Assembly: GCA_041483715.1 (NCBI GenBank)
Contig: JBGPGG010000001.1
Coordinates: 8,936 to 72,935, forward strand
Direction of reading: 5' to 3'
Length of the DNA: 64,000 nucleotides
DNA from: Thermoanaerobaculia bacterium
GTDB lineage: Bacteria; Acidobacteriota; Thermoanaerobaculia; UBA5066; Gp7-AA6
Shown here: positions 8,126-16,586 of the stretch, piece after piece
Layout of the letters: every line of letters begins with the position of its first letter
How positions within the stretch are numbered: position 1 is the stretch's first letter
The notes under the pieces: generated by a model
The model's input: the letters and a program-made list of their open reading frames with translations, nothing else
Told to the model about the DNA's origin: nothing
Database searches by the model: none
Program-made: the position numbers and the translations under genes

Positions 8126-9105
8126 GATACGAACCGCCGCAGGTCGCCTCGCCGCATGACCGGAAAGTCCGGCGCCGACTCGGGCGGCACGGGCTCGAGC
8201 CGTGCCAGCGCCTCGAGGATGCGCGCCCGCTGCGCCTTTCCCGACCGGGCAGCGACCTTGACGCCGCGCGCGTGAAAGCCGATCTCGGCGCCGCGCGAGA
8301 GCATCAGGAGCGCCGCCCCCGCGCAGCGCGCAATCGCCTTCTCGAACCGCGCGAGCGCGGCGGGGTCCGACGCGGGCAGGGCGTTGTCGACCGCGAGGAA
8401 GAGCACCCGGTCGCGCTCGGCCTCCCGCTCGCGAACGATCCAGCGGCGCATCCGCGCCGACTGCTTCCAGTGCAGGTCGCGCGGGTCGTCTCCCGGCGAA
8501 AAGTCGCGCAGGGTCCGGATGTCCGAGCCGCCGCCGCGCGAGCGGGGGTGCGGGCGGCCGCCGCGCGCGTCCTCGGGCACAGGCTCCGGGACGGGGCTCG
8601 ACTCCGGTAGCGGGTACACGACGATCTCGCGCGAGAGGCGCGCCTTCCGGTACTTGCGGAAGAGGCCCATCGGAAAACGCGACAACAGCCCCGCGTCGGC
8701 GTCGCGGTAGACCCCGCGCCGGGGAAACATACCCTCAACGACGAGCTCGCGCTTCTCTCCCGGCGCGAGCGGGTCCACCCAGAGGGGCCCCGGAAGCGAT
8801 TCGTGCAGGAAGAAGAGGGCCTGCGCCGTGGCCGTCTTCAAACGATTCTCGAGTCTAATCTTCAGCCACGCCGGCCGCGTCGCGATGACCTCGCCCGCCG
8901 TCTCGATCTCGCAGTCCACGCCCCGGACGTTGCGGCGCGACAGGACACCAGAAACGATCATCGCCGCCAGCATCCCCGCGAGCACGAGGTAGAGCCCGTT
9001 GTTGCCCGTGTTCATCGCCGCGATCGCAACGACGAGGCACATCAGGATGTAGCCGAGCCCGAAGTTGGTGACGCGGATCTCCCAGTCGGGAATGAGCCTT
9101 GTCAT
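8122..9105 (-). CDS. DUF58 family protein (MoxR-associated, VWA-like)
   Basis: MTRLIPDWEIRVTNFGLGY..., two N-terminal TM helices, DLHWK motif region. Conserved position between the MoxR ATPase and the transglutaminase gene. Confidence 0.75.
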   Translation of the reverse strand: MTRLIPDWEIRVTNFGLGYILMCLVVAIAAMNTGNNGLYLVLAGMLAAMIVSGVLSRRNVRGVDCEIETAGEVIATRPAWLKIRLENRLKTATAQALFFLHESLPGPLWVDPLAPGEKRELVVEGMFPRRGVYRDADAGLLSRFPMGLFRKYRKARLSREIVVYPLPESSPVPEPVPEDARGGRPHPRSRGGGSDIRTLRDFSPGDDPRDLHWKQSARMRRWIVREREAERDRVLFLAVDNALPASDPAALARFEKAIARCAGAALLMLSRGAEIGFHARGVKVAARSGKAQRARILEALARLEPVPPESAPDFPVMRRGDLRRFVS

Positions 9106-9112
9106 GGGATTT

Positions 9113-10051
9113 TCACAGCGGCACCGCCACCTGTCCAAGGATCTTCCTGACTATCTCTCTCTCCCGGCCGCCGGCGCCAAAGCCGTCCGAGGAGACGGAG
9201 AGGATCCGGTGCGCGAGGACGGCTTCCGCCACGGCCTGCGCGTCGTCCGGGGTCGCGTACGCGCGGCCCTGCAGGAGCGCGTAGGCCTGCACGGCGCGGA
9301 AGAGCGCCTGGGCGCCGCGCGTCGAGACCGGCAACCGCAGCTCCGCGGTATGGCGCGTCGCGCGCACGAGCGCGTGGAGGTAGTCGAGGAGCGCCTCCGA
9401 GACGGCAACCTTCTCCGTCTCCTCCTGGAGGGCGAGGAGCTGCTCGGGCCCGAGCACGGCGGGGATCGCGGCGAGCACGCGCTCGGTGCCGCCGCGGCGC
9501 AGCAGCATCTTCTCTTCCTCCACCTCCGGGTACCCGAGGGTCAGGCGCAGAAGAAAGCGGTCCATCTGCGACTCCGGCAGCGGGTACGTGCCGAGGTACT
9601 CGACCGGATTCTGCGTCGCAATCACCATGAAGGGCTGCGGCAGCGCCCGCCGCTCCGATTCGACGGTGACCGCGCCCTCGTTCATCGCCTCGAGCAGCGC
9701 CGACTGCGTCTTCGGCGTGGCGCGGTTGATCTCGTCGGCGAGGACGATGTTCGCGAAGATGGGCCCGGGATGGAACTCGAAGCGGTCCGACGACGCGTGA
9801 AAGACCGAGATCCCGAGGACGTCGGCCGGAAGCGTGTCGCTCGTGAACTGGATGCGCCGGAAGTCGAGCGAGAGGCTGCGGCCGAGCGCGCGGGCGAGCG
9901 TCGTCTTCCCGACGCCGGGCACGTCCTCGATCAGGACGTGGCCCCGGGAGAGCAGCGCCGTCAGGAGCAGGTCCACGCCGCGCGGTGCGCCGCGGTAGGC
10001 GAGCGCCACGTTTTCGCGCAGCTTCGAGAGCGAAACGGCGGAGTTGGTCAT
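9113..10051 (-). CDS. MoxR-family AAA+ ATPase
   Basis: Walker A GVGKTT, ADEINRATPKTQSALLEAM, and a QNPVE..GTYPLPE..DRF C-terminal region. Confidence 0.9.
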   Translation of the reverse strand: MTNSAVSLSKLRENVALAYRGAPRGVDLLLTALLSRGHVLIEDVPGVGKTTLARALGRSLSLDFRRIQFTSDTLPADVLGISVFHASSDRFEFHPGPIFANIVLADEINRATPKTQSALLEAMNEGAVTVESERRALPQPFMVIATQNPVEYLGTYPLPESQMDRFLLRLTLGYPEVEEEKMLLRRGGTERVLAAIPAVLGPEQLLALQEETEKVAVSEALLDYLHALVRATRHTAELRLPVSTRGAQALFRAVQAYALLQGRAYATPDDAQAVAEAVLAHRILSVSSDGFGAGGREREIVRKILGQVAVPL

Positions 10052-10069
10052 CGGGGTCTTTGCGCTCCT

Positions 10070-11038
10070 TCAGTCCTTACGGGGGCCGGTGGGCTCCTGT
10101 CGCCGCAGCGCTTCGACGGCAGGCTTCAGCTCCGTCTCCCGCTCGAACGGGAGCACCAGCACTCCCGCCTCGCCGACGACGATTGCCGCGTCCCGCACGC
10201 CGGGCGCCAGCACGGGCACGGGCGAAATGACGAGGTTGCCGGACGCGTCGCTCGGGCCCCTGAGCTCGCGCACCGAGCGCCACGTCCCGACGTCGCTCCA
10301 TCCGGCGGAAAGAGGCACCGCGCGCACGCCGGCGATCTTCTCCATCACGGCGAAATCGATCGAGATGTCGGGAAGCGCCTCGTAGTCCGCGTCCGCGCCC
10401 GTCCGAAGGAAGCGCTCGACGCCGGCGACGAGATCTCCGGCCACGCGGCGCGCTTCGGCCAGAAGCCGCGAGGGCCGGAAAACGAAGATGCCCGCGTTCC
10501 AGAGATGGCGGCCCGAGGTCGAGTACTCGCGCGCCTTGTCGGGCCCCGGCTTCTCCACGAACCGCTCCACCGCGTCGCCGCGCACCTCGGCGTAACCGTA
10601 GTCGGTCTCGGGCCGCGTCGGCGGCACGCCGAGAATGACGACGCTGGCGCGGTCCGCGAGGTCCGCGGCCGCCCGCAAAGCGCTCCGAAAGACGTCCGCG
10701 TCGCGGACCGTCTGGTCCGAAGGCACGGCCAGGGTCATCGGATCGCCGTCCCCGGCAAAGCGCAGCGCGGCGGCGAGAACCGCGGGCCCAGAGTTGCGGC
10801 GCGCGGGCTCTGGAAAGAGGCGCGCCAAGGGCAGATCCGGCAGCTCGCGCCGCACCAGTCCGGCATGGCGGGCCGACGTCGCGACAAAGACCTCTCGCGA
10901 GAGCGGCAGGAGCCGTTCGTACGTCTCGGCGAGCAGGCTCTTCTCCGAGAGGAGCGGGAGGAACTGCTTGGGCCTTTCCTCGGTCGAGAGCGGCCATAGC
11001 CGCGTTCCGCCCCCGCCGGCCAGCAGGAGGATTCTCAT
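10070..11038 (-). CDS. manC: Mannose-1-phosphate guanylyltransferase (nucleotidyltransferase domain only, no cupin PMI domain)
   Basis: MRILLLAGGGGTRLWPLSTEERPKQFLPL is the canonical NTP-transferase N-terminus of ManC/GMP. 322 aa. Confidence 0.8.
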   Translation of the reverse strand: MRILLLAGGGGTRLWPLSTEERPKQFLPLLSEKSLLAETYERLLPLSREVFVATSARHAGLVRRELPDLPLARLFPEPARRNSGPAVLAAALRFAGDGDPMTLAVPSDQTVRDADVFRSALRAAADLADRASVVILGVPPTRPETDYGYAEVRGDAVERFVEKPGPDKAREYSTSGRHLWNAGIFVFRPSRLLAEARRVAGDLVAGVERFLRTGADADYEALPDISIDFAVMEKIAGVRAVPLSAGWSDVGTWRSVRELRGPSDASGNLVISPVPVLAPGVRDAAIVVGEAGVLVLPFERETELKPAVEALRRQEPTGPRKD

Positions 11039-11048
11039 TGGTGAAGGG

Positions 11049-11088
11049 CGCCCCTCACCCCGCCCCTCTCCCGCCGGGTGAGGGGGGC
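11049..11088 (-). other. GC-rich stem-loop in the 62-nt murB-manC spacer
   Basis: CCCCTCACC-16 nt loop-GGTGAGGGGGG; no U-run. Possible attenuator or processing site inside the pgpA...tgpA co-directional string. Confidence 0.4.
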
Positions 11089-11099
11089 AAGCCCCCTTC

Positions 11100-11996
11100 T
11101 CAGTCCCACTTTAGCCCCAGCAATTCCACCTCGGGCATCAGGGTAACCCCGAACTTCTCTTGGACGGCATCCCGCATCCTCCGCATCAGGCTGAGGACGT
11201 CCGCGGCGCGCGCGGCTCCGGTGTTGACGATCACATTGGCGTGGCGAGGCGAGATCAGGGCGCCGCCCTGGCGCTCGCCCTTGAGGCCGCAGGCCTCGAT
11301 CAGGCGCCCCGCGAAGTCGCCCTCCGGGTTCTTGAAGACGCTGCCGGCGTTGGGCTCGGATGGCAGCGCGCCACGGCGCTTTTCCGACACCGCGCGGGTC
11401 TTCGCCTGGATGGCCTCGCGCGGCGCGGGCGCGAGCTTGAGCGTGGCCGCGCTGACGATGTCTTTCGTCTCGATCAATCCCGACCACCGGTAGCGATGCG
11501 GGATCTCCCCGGCCGCGACCGCACGGCGCTCTCCCGAGCGCGAGACCAGGCGCAAGGTCTCCAGGACCGCGAAGATCTCGCCGCCGTAGGCGCCGGCGTT
11601 GATGCGGACCGCGCCGCCGATGGACGACGGGATGCCCGAGAGCGCCTCGATGCCGGAAAGCCCCGCGCGCGCCGCTGCGGCGCAGACGCCGCCGAGGGCC
11701 GCTCCGCCGCCCGCCGTCACGCGCTCGCCCTCGACCGTCACCTCGAGAAACTCCCCATCCAGGCGCAGCACGTACCCCGGGAAGCCTTCGTCGGCGACGA
11801 GGACGTTCGAGCCCATGCCGAGGATTGCCAGCGGCAGCGCGTCCGCCGAGGCCGCCGAGAGCACGCCCGCGAGCCCGACCTCGGTTTTCACGCGGCAGAA
11901 GTACCGCGCCGGGCCGCCGATCCGCCAGGTCGTGAAGGCCGAGAGCGGCAGTCCGGGCTCGACCGCGCAGTCCTCGGGCGGGAGGTTCAGATCCAT
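11100..11996 (-). CDS. murB: UDP-N-acetylenolpyruvoylglucosamine reductase
   Basis: Start placed at the internal ATG giving MDLNLPP... (the upstream part of the track ORF is GC-shadow). FAD-binding and MurB C-terminal motifs present (GGAVRINAGAYGGEI, NAGSVFKNP). Confidence 0.85.
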   Translation of the reverse strand: MDLNLPPEDCAVEPGLPLSAFTTWRIGGPARYFCRVKTEVGLAGVLSAASADALPLAILGMGSNVLVADEGFPGYVLRLDGEFLEVTVEGERVTAGGGAALGGVCAAAARAGLSGIEALSGIPSSIGGAVRINAGAYGGEIFAVLETLRLVSRSGERRAVAAGEIPHRYRWSGLIETKDIVSAATLKLAPAPREAIQAKTRAVSEKRRGALPSEPNAGSVFKNPEGDFAGRLIEACGLKGERQGGALISPRHANVIVNTGAARAADVLSLMRRMRDAVQEKFGVTLMPEVELLGLKWD

Positions 11997-12535
11997 CGCG
12001 ACCGCGCCGCGAGCCAACCGATCCCGGCCAGGACCACTGCTGCCGCCAGACCTCCCAGCACGTCGTCGGCCACCACGCCCCATCCGCCCGGAAGCCGTTG
12101 GACGCGGCGGATCGGGCCGGGCTTCACGATGTCGAAGAAACGGAAGAGGAAAAACGACCCGATCCAGGCGCAGGCCTCCACGATGCGGGACGAGTACGGC
12201 CAGAAGAGCGGCACGGCGGCGCAGGCCAGCAACTGGCCGGCGATCTCGTCGATCACGATGCACCCCGGGTCCTCCGCGCCGAGCGCCCGACAGACCGGCC
12301 CGGATACGGCGACGCCGACGAATCCCGCGACCAGGCCGGACATCAATAGTCCGACCACCGGCCCGACACTGGCGGCGTGGATGGACGCGAACCAGAGAGA
12401 AAGCGGCCACGCGAGGGCGAGGCCGACGAGCGAGCCAGCGGTCCCCGGCATGACGGGCGAGAGACCGGAACCGAAGCCCGTTGCGAGAAACGCGGCAAGA
12501 GGATTTGCGGCAAACGCGCGGCGGGCGTCCGACAT
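11987..12535 (-). CDS. pgpA: Phosphatidylglycerophosphatase A
   Basis: FGSGLSP..PGTAGS..VIDEIAG..FRFFDIVKPGPI..LPGGWGVVADD are PgpA signatures. Overlaps the murB start by 10 nt. Confidence 0.8.
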   Translation of the reverse strand: MSDARRAFAANPLAAFLATGFGSGLSPVMPGTAGSLVGLALAWPLSLWFASIHAASVGPVVGLLMSGLVAGFVGVAVSGPVCRALGAEDPGCIVIDEIAGQLLACAAVPLFWPYSSRIVEACAWIGSFFLFRFFDIVKPGPIRRVQRLPGGWGVVADDVLGGLAAAVVLAGIGWLAARSRWI

Positions 12536-12605
12536 TGACACGGGATCGTGTCGGAGAGATGATCCCTTGGTCCTCATCGCGTCCTGCAGCGCCTCCTCCG
12601 AAGTC

Positions 12606-12626
12606 TATAATCGCGCAGAACGCGCG
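12606..12626 (+). promoter_or_regulatory. Putative recA promoter -10 (TATAAT) with adjacent inverted repeat CGCGC-N5-GCGCG (candidate operator)
   Basis: Perfect TATAAT at 12606-12611, 47 nt upstream of the recA ATG. Immediately followed by CGCGCAGAACGCGCG. No good -35. Not a classical CTGT-N8-ACAG or GAAC-N4-GTTC SOS box. Confidence 0.3.
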
Positions 12627-12658
12627 GAATTTTTCTCCAGATCGAGAAAGGTGAGGAC

Positions 12659-13738
12659 ATGTCCAGCGTGAAACCCAACGAAAAGTGGCGCGCCGTCGAG
12701 ACGGCGCTGACGCAGATCGAGCGCCAGTTCGGCAAGGGCTCGATCATGCGGCTCGGCGAGCGGCCCTCGGTGGCCATCGCCGTCATCCCGACCGGCTCGC
12801 TCGCGGTCGACGCCGCCCTCGGCGTCGGCGGCATCCCCCGCGGCCGCGTCGTCGAGATCTTCGGCCCGGAATCCTCGGGCAAGACGACGCTCTCCCTCCA
12901 GGTCATCGCCCAGGCGCAGAAAACCGGCGGCCTCGCGGCCTTCATCGACGCCGAGCACGCGCTCGACTCGGAGTACGCGAAGAAGCTCGGCGTCGACACG
13001 GACAACCTGCTCGTTTCCCAGCCCGACAACGGCGAGCAGGCCCTCGAGATCGCGGAGATGCTGATCCGCTCCGGGGCGATCGACGTCATCGTGATCGACT
13101 CGGTCGCGGCCCTCGTGCCGAAGGCCGAAATCGAGGGCGAGATGGGCGAGGCGCAGATGGGCCTCCAGGCGCGGTTGATGTCGCAGGCGCTGCGCAAGCT
13201 CACGGCAATCGTCTCCAAGTCCGGCACGAGCCTGATCTTCATCAACCAGATCCGCGAAAAGATCGGCGTGATGTTCGGCAATCCCGAGACGACGACGGGC
13301 GGCCGCGCCCTGAAGTTCTATGCGTCGATCCGCATCGACATCCGCCGCATCGCCTCGATCAAGGACGGCGACGTGGTCGTCGGATCGCGCACGAAGGTCA
13401 AGGTCGTGAAGAACAAGATGGCCGCCCCGTTCCGGCAGGCCGAGTTCGACATCAACTACGGCGAGGGCATCTCCCGGGTCGGCGAATTGATCGACATGGG
13501 CCTCGAAGCCAAGCTGGTCGAGAAATCGGGCGCGTGGCTCTCGTACGGGGACCTGCGCATCGGCCAGGGCCGCGAGAACGCGAAACAGTTCCTGAGGGAC
13601 AACCCCGAGCTCGCCGCCGAGATCGAGCGCAAGCTGCGCCAGAGCCTCGGCCTCGGTGTCGTCGAGGCCGGACCGGCGGTCGCGGTGCCCGCGGCCGTGG
13701 CGGAAGCGGAGAAAGAAAAGGAGAAGGCGCGGCGCTAG
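12659..13738 (+). CDS. recA: Recombinase RecA
   Basis: Full-length RecA ([10 protein letters not shown] Walker A, L2 loop, etc.). RBS AAGGTGAGG lies 5 nt upstream. Confidence 0.97.
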   Translation: MSSVKPNEKWRAVETALTQIERQFGKGSIMRLGERPSVAIAVIPTGSLAVDAALGVGGIPRGRVVEIFGPESSGKTTLSLQVIAQAQKTGGLAAFIDAEHALDSEYAKKLGVDTDNLLVSQPDNGEQALEIAEMLIRSGAIDVIVIDSVAALVPKAEIEGEMGEAQMGLQARLMSQALRKLTAIVSKSGTSLIFINQIREKIGVMFGNPETTTGGRALKFYASIRIDIRRIASIKDGDVVVGSRTKVKVVKNKMAAPFRQAEFDINYGEGISRVGELIDMGLEAKLVEKSGAWLSYGDLRIGQGRENAKQFLRDNPELAAEIERKLRQSLGLGVVEAGPAVAVPAAVAEAEKEKEKARR

Positions 13739-13792
13739 CGTTTCGGCAAGACCCGGTTATCCGGAACAACCTCTGCCACAATCGGGTTCCCG

Positions 13793-16558
13793 ATGGTGAT
13801 GACAGCATCCAGACGCGCCCGCAGCCTTGCGGGCGTTTTCCTTTTGGCTGCCTTCGCGGCTGCCGCCGCGAAGGGCGAGCGGCTGCGCCTGGCCGCCGAG
13901 CGGCCGGACGGCTCCTGCCCCGCCGACGCGAAGCTCCTCGGCATCGCGCGCCTCGGGGCCGAGCTTCCGGCGGGATCGAATCCGGCCGGTTGCCTTTTTC
14001 TCGTCGAGCTGAAGGGCCTCTCGGACGCCGAGATCGACGCCGCGGTCGAATCTCTCGCCCGACTGCAGTCGGCGGCGGGACTGGTCCTCACGCTTCCCGT
14101 CTCGGCCGACACCGAACGCTTCGCCTACGCCGCCAAGCGGCTGTCGTCCATCTTTCGCTCCGGATCGCCCGACGGGCAGATCGCCCTCGACACGGCCCAG
14201 CCGCTCGATGCGGCCATTGAGGAGGAGCTCGCGCCCTATGTCGACGCGCTCATCGTCCGGTCGGGCTCGACCGCGCCGACCGAGGCCACGCAGCGCATCT
14301 GGGTCCTGGCCGCGCCCACCGACACGCGGACGCCGGCCGCGACCGCGCTCGCCGCCTTCGGCGAATTTCCGCAGGCCGTCCTGGTCGGCGTGCTCGCCGG
14401 CGAGAAGCCCCTCGTGGCAGCACACGAGACCCTGTCCCGCCTGCAGCAGTACCTGACGGCGGACGCCTCGCGCGACCCGACCCCGACGCGCGTCGCGCGC
14501 AAGGACGGCACGACGGTGCAGGCGCTGCGCCTCTTCGACGCGAAGACCTTCACGCCGGTGCTGCTGTTGCCCGATTCCCCCGGCGGGCCGGTCGCCATCG
14601 ATCTCGAGGGCGGCCCCTTCGCGAAAGCGGCCGTCGAGAACCTCGCGAGCGGCGCCCGGCGGGACTTCGAGCTGAAAGGGGCGAAGACCCTCACGCTCGA
14701 TCTCTCGAAGGCGCCGCTGGCGGTCACCCTCACGCCCGTCGAGCGCGCCGGCGGGGACACGAAGGCGGCCGTCGAGGTCGGGGCGACCCGGGGGCTGACG
14801 GCCGATGAGATCATCGCCCGCGAGCGCGCCTGGGACGCGGGCCAGCGCGACCGGACCCGCACGTACGCGGCGGCGATGGACACCTCGCTGCGCTTCCGCG
14901 TGGCACAGCTCACGGGCAGCCTCGACCTGACGATCCGGGGCCCCTACTTCTTCCAGCAGGGAAAGCCCTCGGACTGGGCCTGGCAGGAGTTCTTTCTCAA
15001 CGGCGTGAAGTGGAAGGGCCGCACGATCCCGAAGCTTCCGATCCTGCAGCCGGACAAGGTCACGACCCTGCCGCTCGACATCCGCTTGACCGAGGAGTAT
15101 GCGTACGAGCTCGCCGGCGAGACCTCGATCGACGATCGGCCCGCCTACCGCGTGGACTTCCGACCGCGGTCGACCACGGGCGACAAGCCGATCTACCGCG
15201 GCACGGCCTGGATCGACCGCGAGACCTTCGCGCTCCTGCGCCGCGAGTCGATCCAGCTGAACCTGAAGAGCGACACGCTCTCGAACGTCCAGACCGAGTA
15301 CTACCGTGCGGTGCCCGGAGCCCCCGGCGTCGTGCTGCCGCTCGAGATCCGCGGCCAGCAGGTGTTCTCGACGGCCGGCCGGACGACCGCCATCGAGCGC
15401 AAGGTCGTGATGAGCGACGTCGTCATCAACCCGTCGGACTTCGAAGCGCGGCGCAAGGAAGCCTATGCGTCCAAGTCCCAGATGGTCCGGGATACGGACG
15501 AAGGGCTGCGGTACCTCGTGCCCGACCCGGGCAAGCCCGAGGAGCGCCTGGTCGAGAGCAAGCTCACTCGCAAGAGCCTCTTCGGCATCGCCGGCGCCTT
15601 CTACCAGCGGGGCCAGGACTACCCCTTCCCGCTGCTCGGCGTCCAGTACTTCAACTTCGACATGTGGGGAAAGAACAAGCAGCTATCCGTCTTCTTCGCG
15701 GGAGCGCTGGTGTTCGCCAACTACACCGACCCCGCGTTTCTGGGCAGCCGCTTCGACCTCGGGGCGGACGCCTTCGGCTTCGCGATTCCGCTCGTCGAGA
15801 CGAACTACCGCAACGGCGTCGATGTCCGCAGCGAGCGGATCAAGCACCTGCCGGAGTTCTTCCAGATCAACCTCGGCCACCCCTTCGGCCCGTACCTCAA
15901 GGCGTCCCTCCTGCTCTCCGCGCAGTGGGACAACTATCAGCGCGACCAGGACACCGGGCCCGAGTTCGTCACTCCCGTCGACACGTTCACCTACGGCGCC
16001 GGCCTGCGGCTGAACTGGAACCAGGACGGCTACAACATCGCGGCCAACGGCGGCTACTTCTCGCGCGCCGAGTGGCGGCCGTGGGGCGATCCGGACACCT
16101 CCGGCTACGACCCGCGGCAGAAGGACTACTGGAAATACTCGGTCGACGTCTCGAAGGGTTTCTATTTCGCCGAGTTCCGCAAGCTCCTCCTGAAAGTCGC
16201 CTACCTCGGAGGACAGGACCTCGACCGTTTCTCCCGGTGGGACTTCGGCCCGTTCGGGACGAACAGCATGATCGGCTTTCCGAGCGGCGCCGTGCTCGCC
16301 GACCGCGCCTATCAGGCCAACATCGCCTACGGTCTCAACATCGAGAGCATCGTGCGCTTCGAGCTCGAGTACAACCAGGCGGTGGTCACGAACCGACAGG
16401 CCGGATGGAAAAACACCTACTTTTCCGGCTTCGGAATCACGACCGCGTTCAACGGCCCGTGGGATGGCACGCGCATCCGGGCCGAGGTCGGCTACCCCGT
16501 CGTCGCCCAGGGCGTGAAGGGATTCACGATCAATGCGCAGATCCTGAAGCTGTTTTAG
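13793..16558 (+). CDS. Large outer-membrane protein: signal peptide, ~570-aa periplasmic region with a LolA-like segment, C-terminal ~350-aa beta-barrel ending ...AQILKLF
   Basis: Sec signal MVMTASRRARSLAGVFLLAAFAAAAA. C-terminal alternating aromatic/hydrophobic beta-strand pattern and terminal Phe typical of OM beta-barrels. Mid region YRVDFRP..YRGTAWIDRETF resembles LolA-like/DUF1329-type folds (unverified). Confidence 0.6.
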   Translation: MVMTASRRARSLAGVFLLAAFAAAAAKGERLRLAAERPDGSCPADAKLLGIARLGAELPAGSNPAGCLFLVELKGLSDAEIDAAVESLARLQSAAGLVLTLPVSADTERFAYAAKRLSSIFRSGSPDGQIALDTAQPLDAAIEEELAPYVDALIVRSGSTAPTEATQRIWVLAAPTDTRTPAATALAAFGEFPQAVLVGVLAGEKPLVAAHETLSRLQQYLTADASRDPTPTRVARKDGTTVQALRLFDAKTFTPVLLLPDSPGGPVAIDLEGGPFAKAAVENLASGARRDFELKGAKTLTLDLSKAPLAVTLTPVERAGGDTKAAVEVGATRGLTADEIIARERAWDAGQRDRTRTYAAAMDTSLRFRVAQLTGSLDLTIRGPYFFQQGKPSDWAWQEFFLNGVKWKGRTIPKLPILQPDKVTTLPLDIRLTEEYAYELAGETSIDDRPAYRVDFRPRSTTGDKPIYRGTAWIDRETFALLRRESIQLNLKSDTLSNVQTEYYRAVPGAPGVVLPLEIRGQQVFSTAGRTTAIERKVVMSDVVINPSDFEARRKEAYASKSQMVRDTDEGLRYLVPDPGKPEERLVESKLTRKSLFGIAGAFYQRGQDYPFPLLGVQYFNFDMWGKNKQLSVFFAGALVFANYTDPAFLGSRFDLGADAFGFAIPLVETNYRNGVDVRSERIKHLPEFFQINLGHPFGPYLKASLLLSAQWDNYQRDQDTGPEFVTPVDTFTYGAGLRLNWNQDGYNIAANGGYFSRAEWRPWGDPDTSGYDPRQKDYWKYSVDVSKGFYFAEFRKLLLKVAYLGGQDLDRFSRWDFGPFGTNSMIGFPSGAVLADRAYQANIAYGLNIESIVRFELEYNQAVVTNRQAGWKNTYFSGFGITTAFNGPWDGTRIRAEVGYPVVAQGVKGFTINAQILKLF

Positions 16559-16586
16559 AGGCTGACTCGGCTATATTCCCCTCCCT

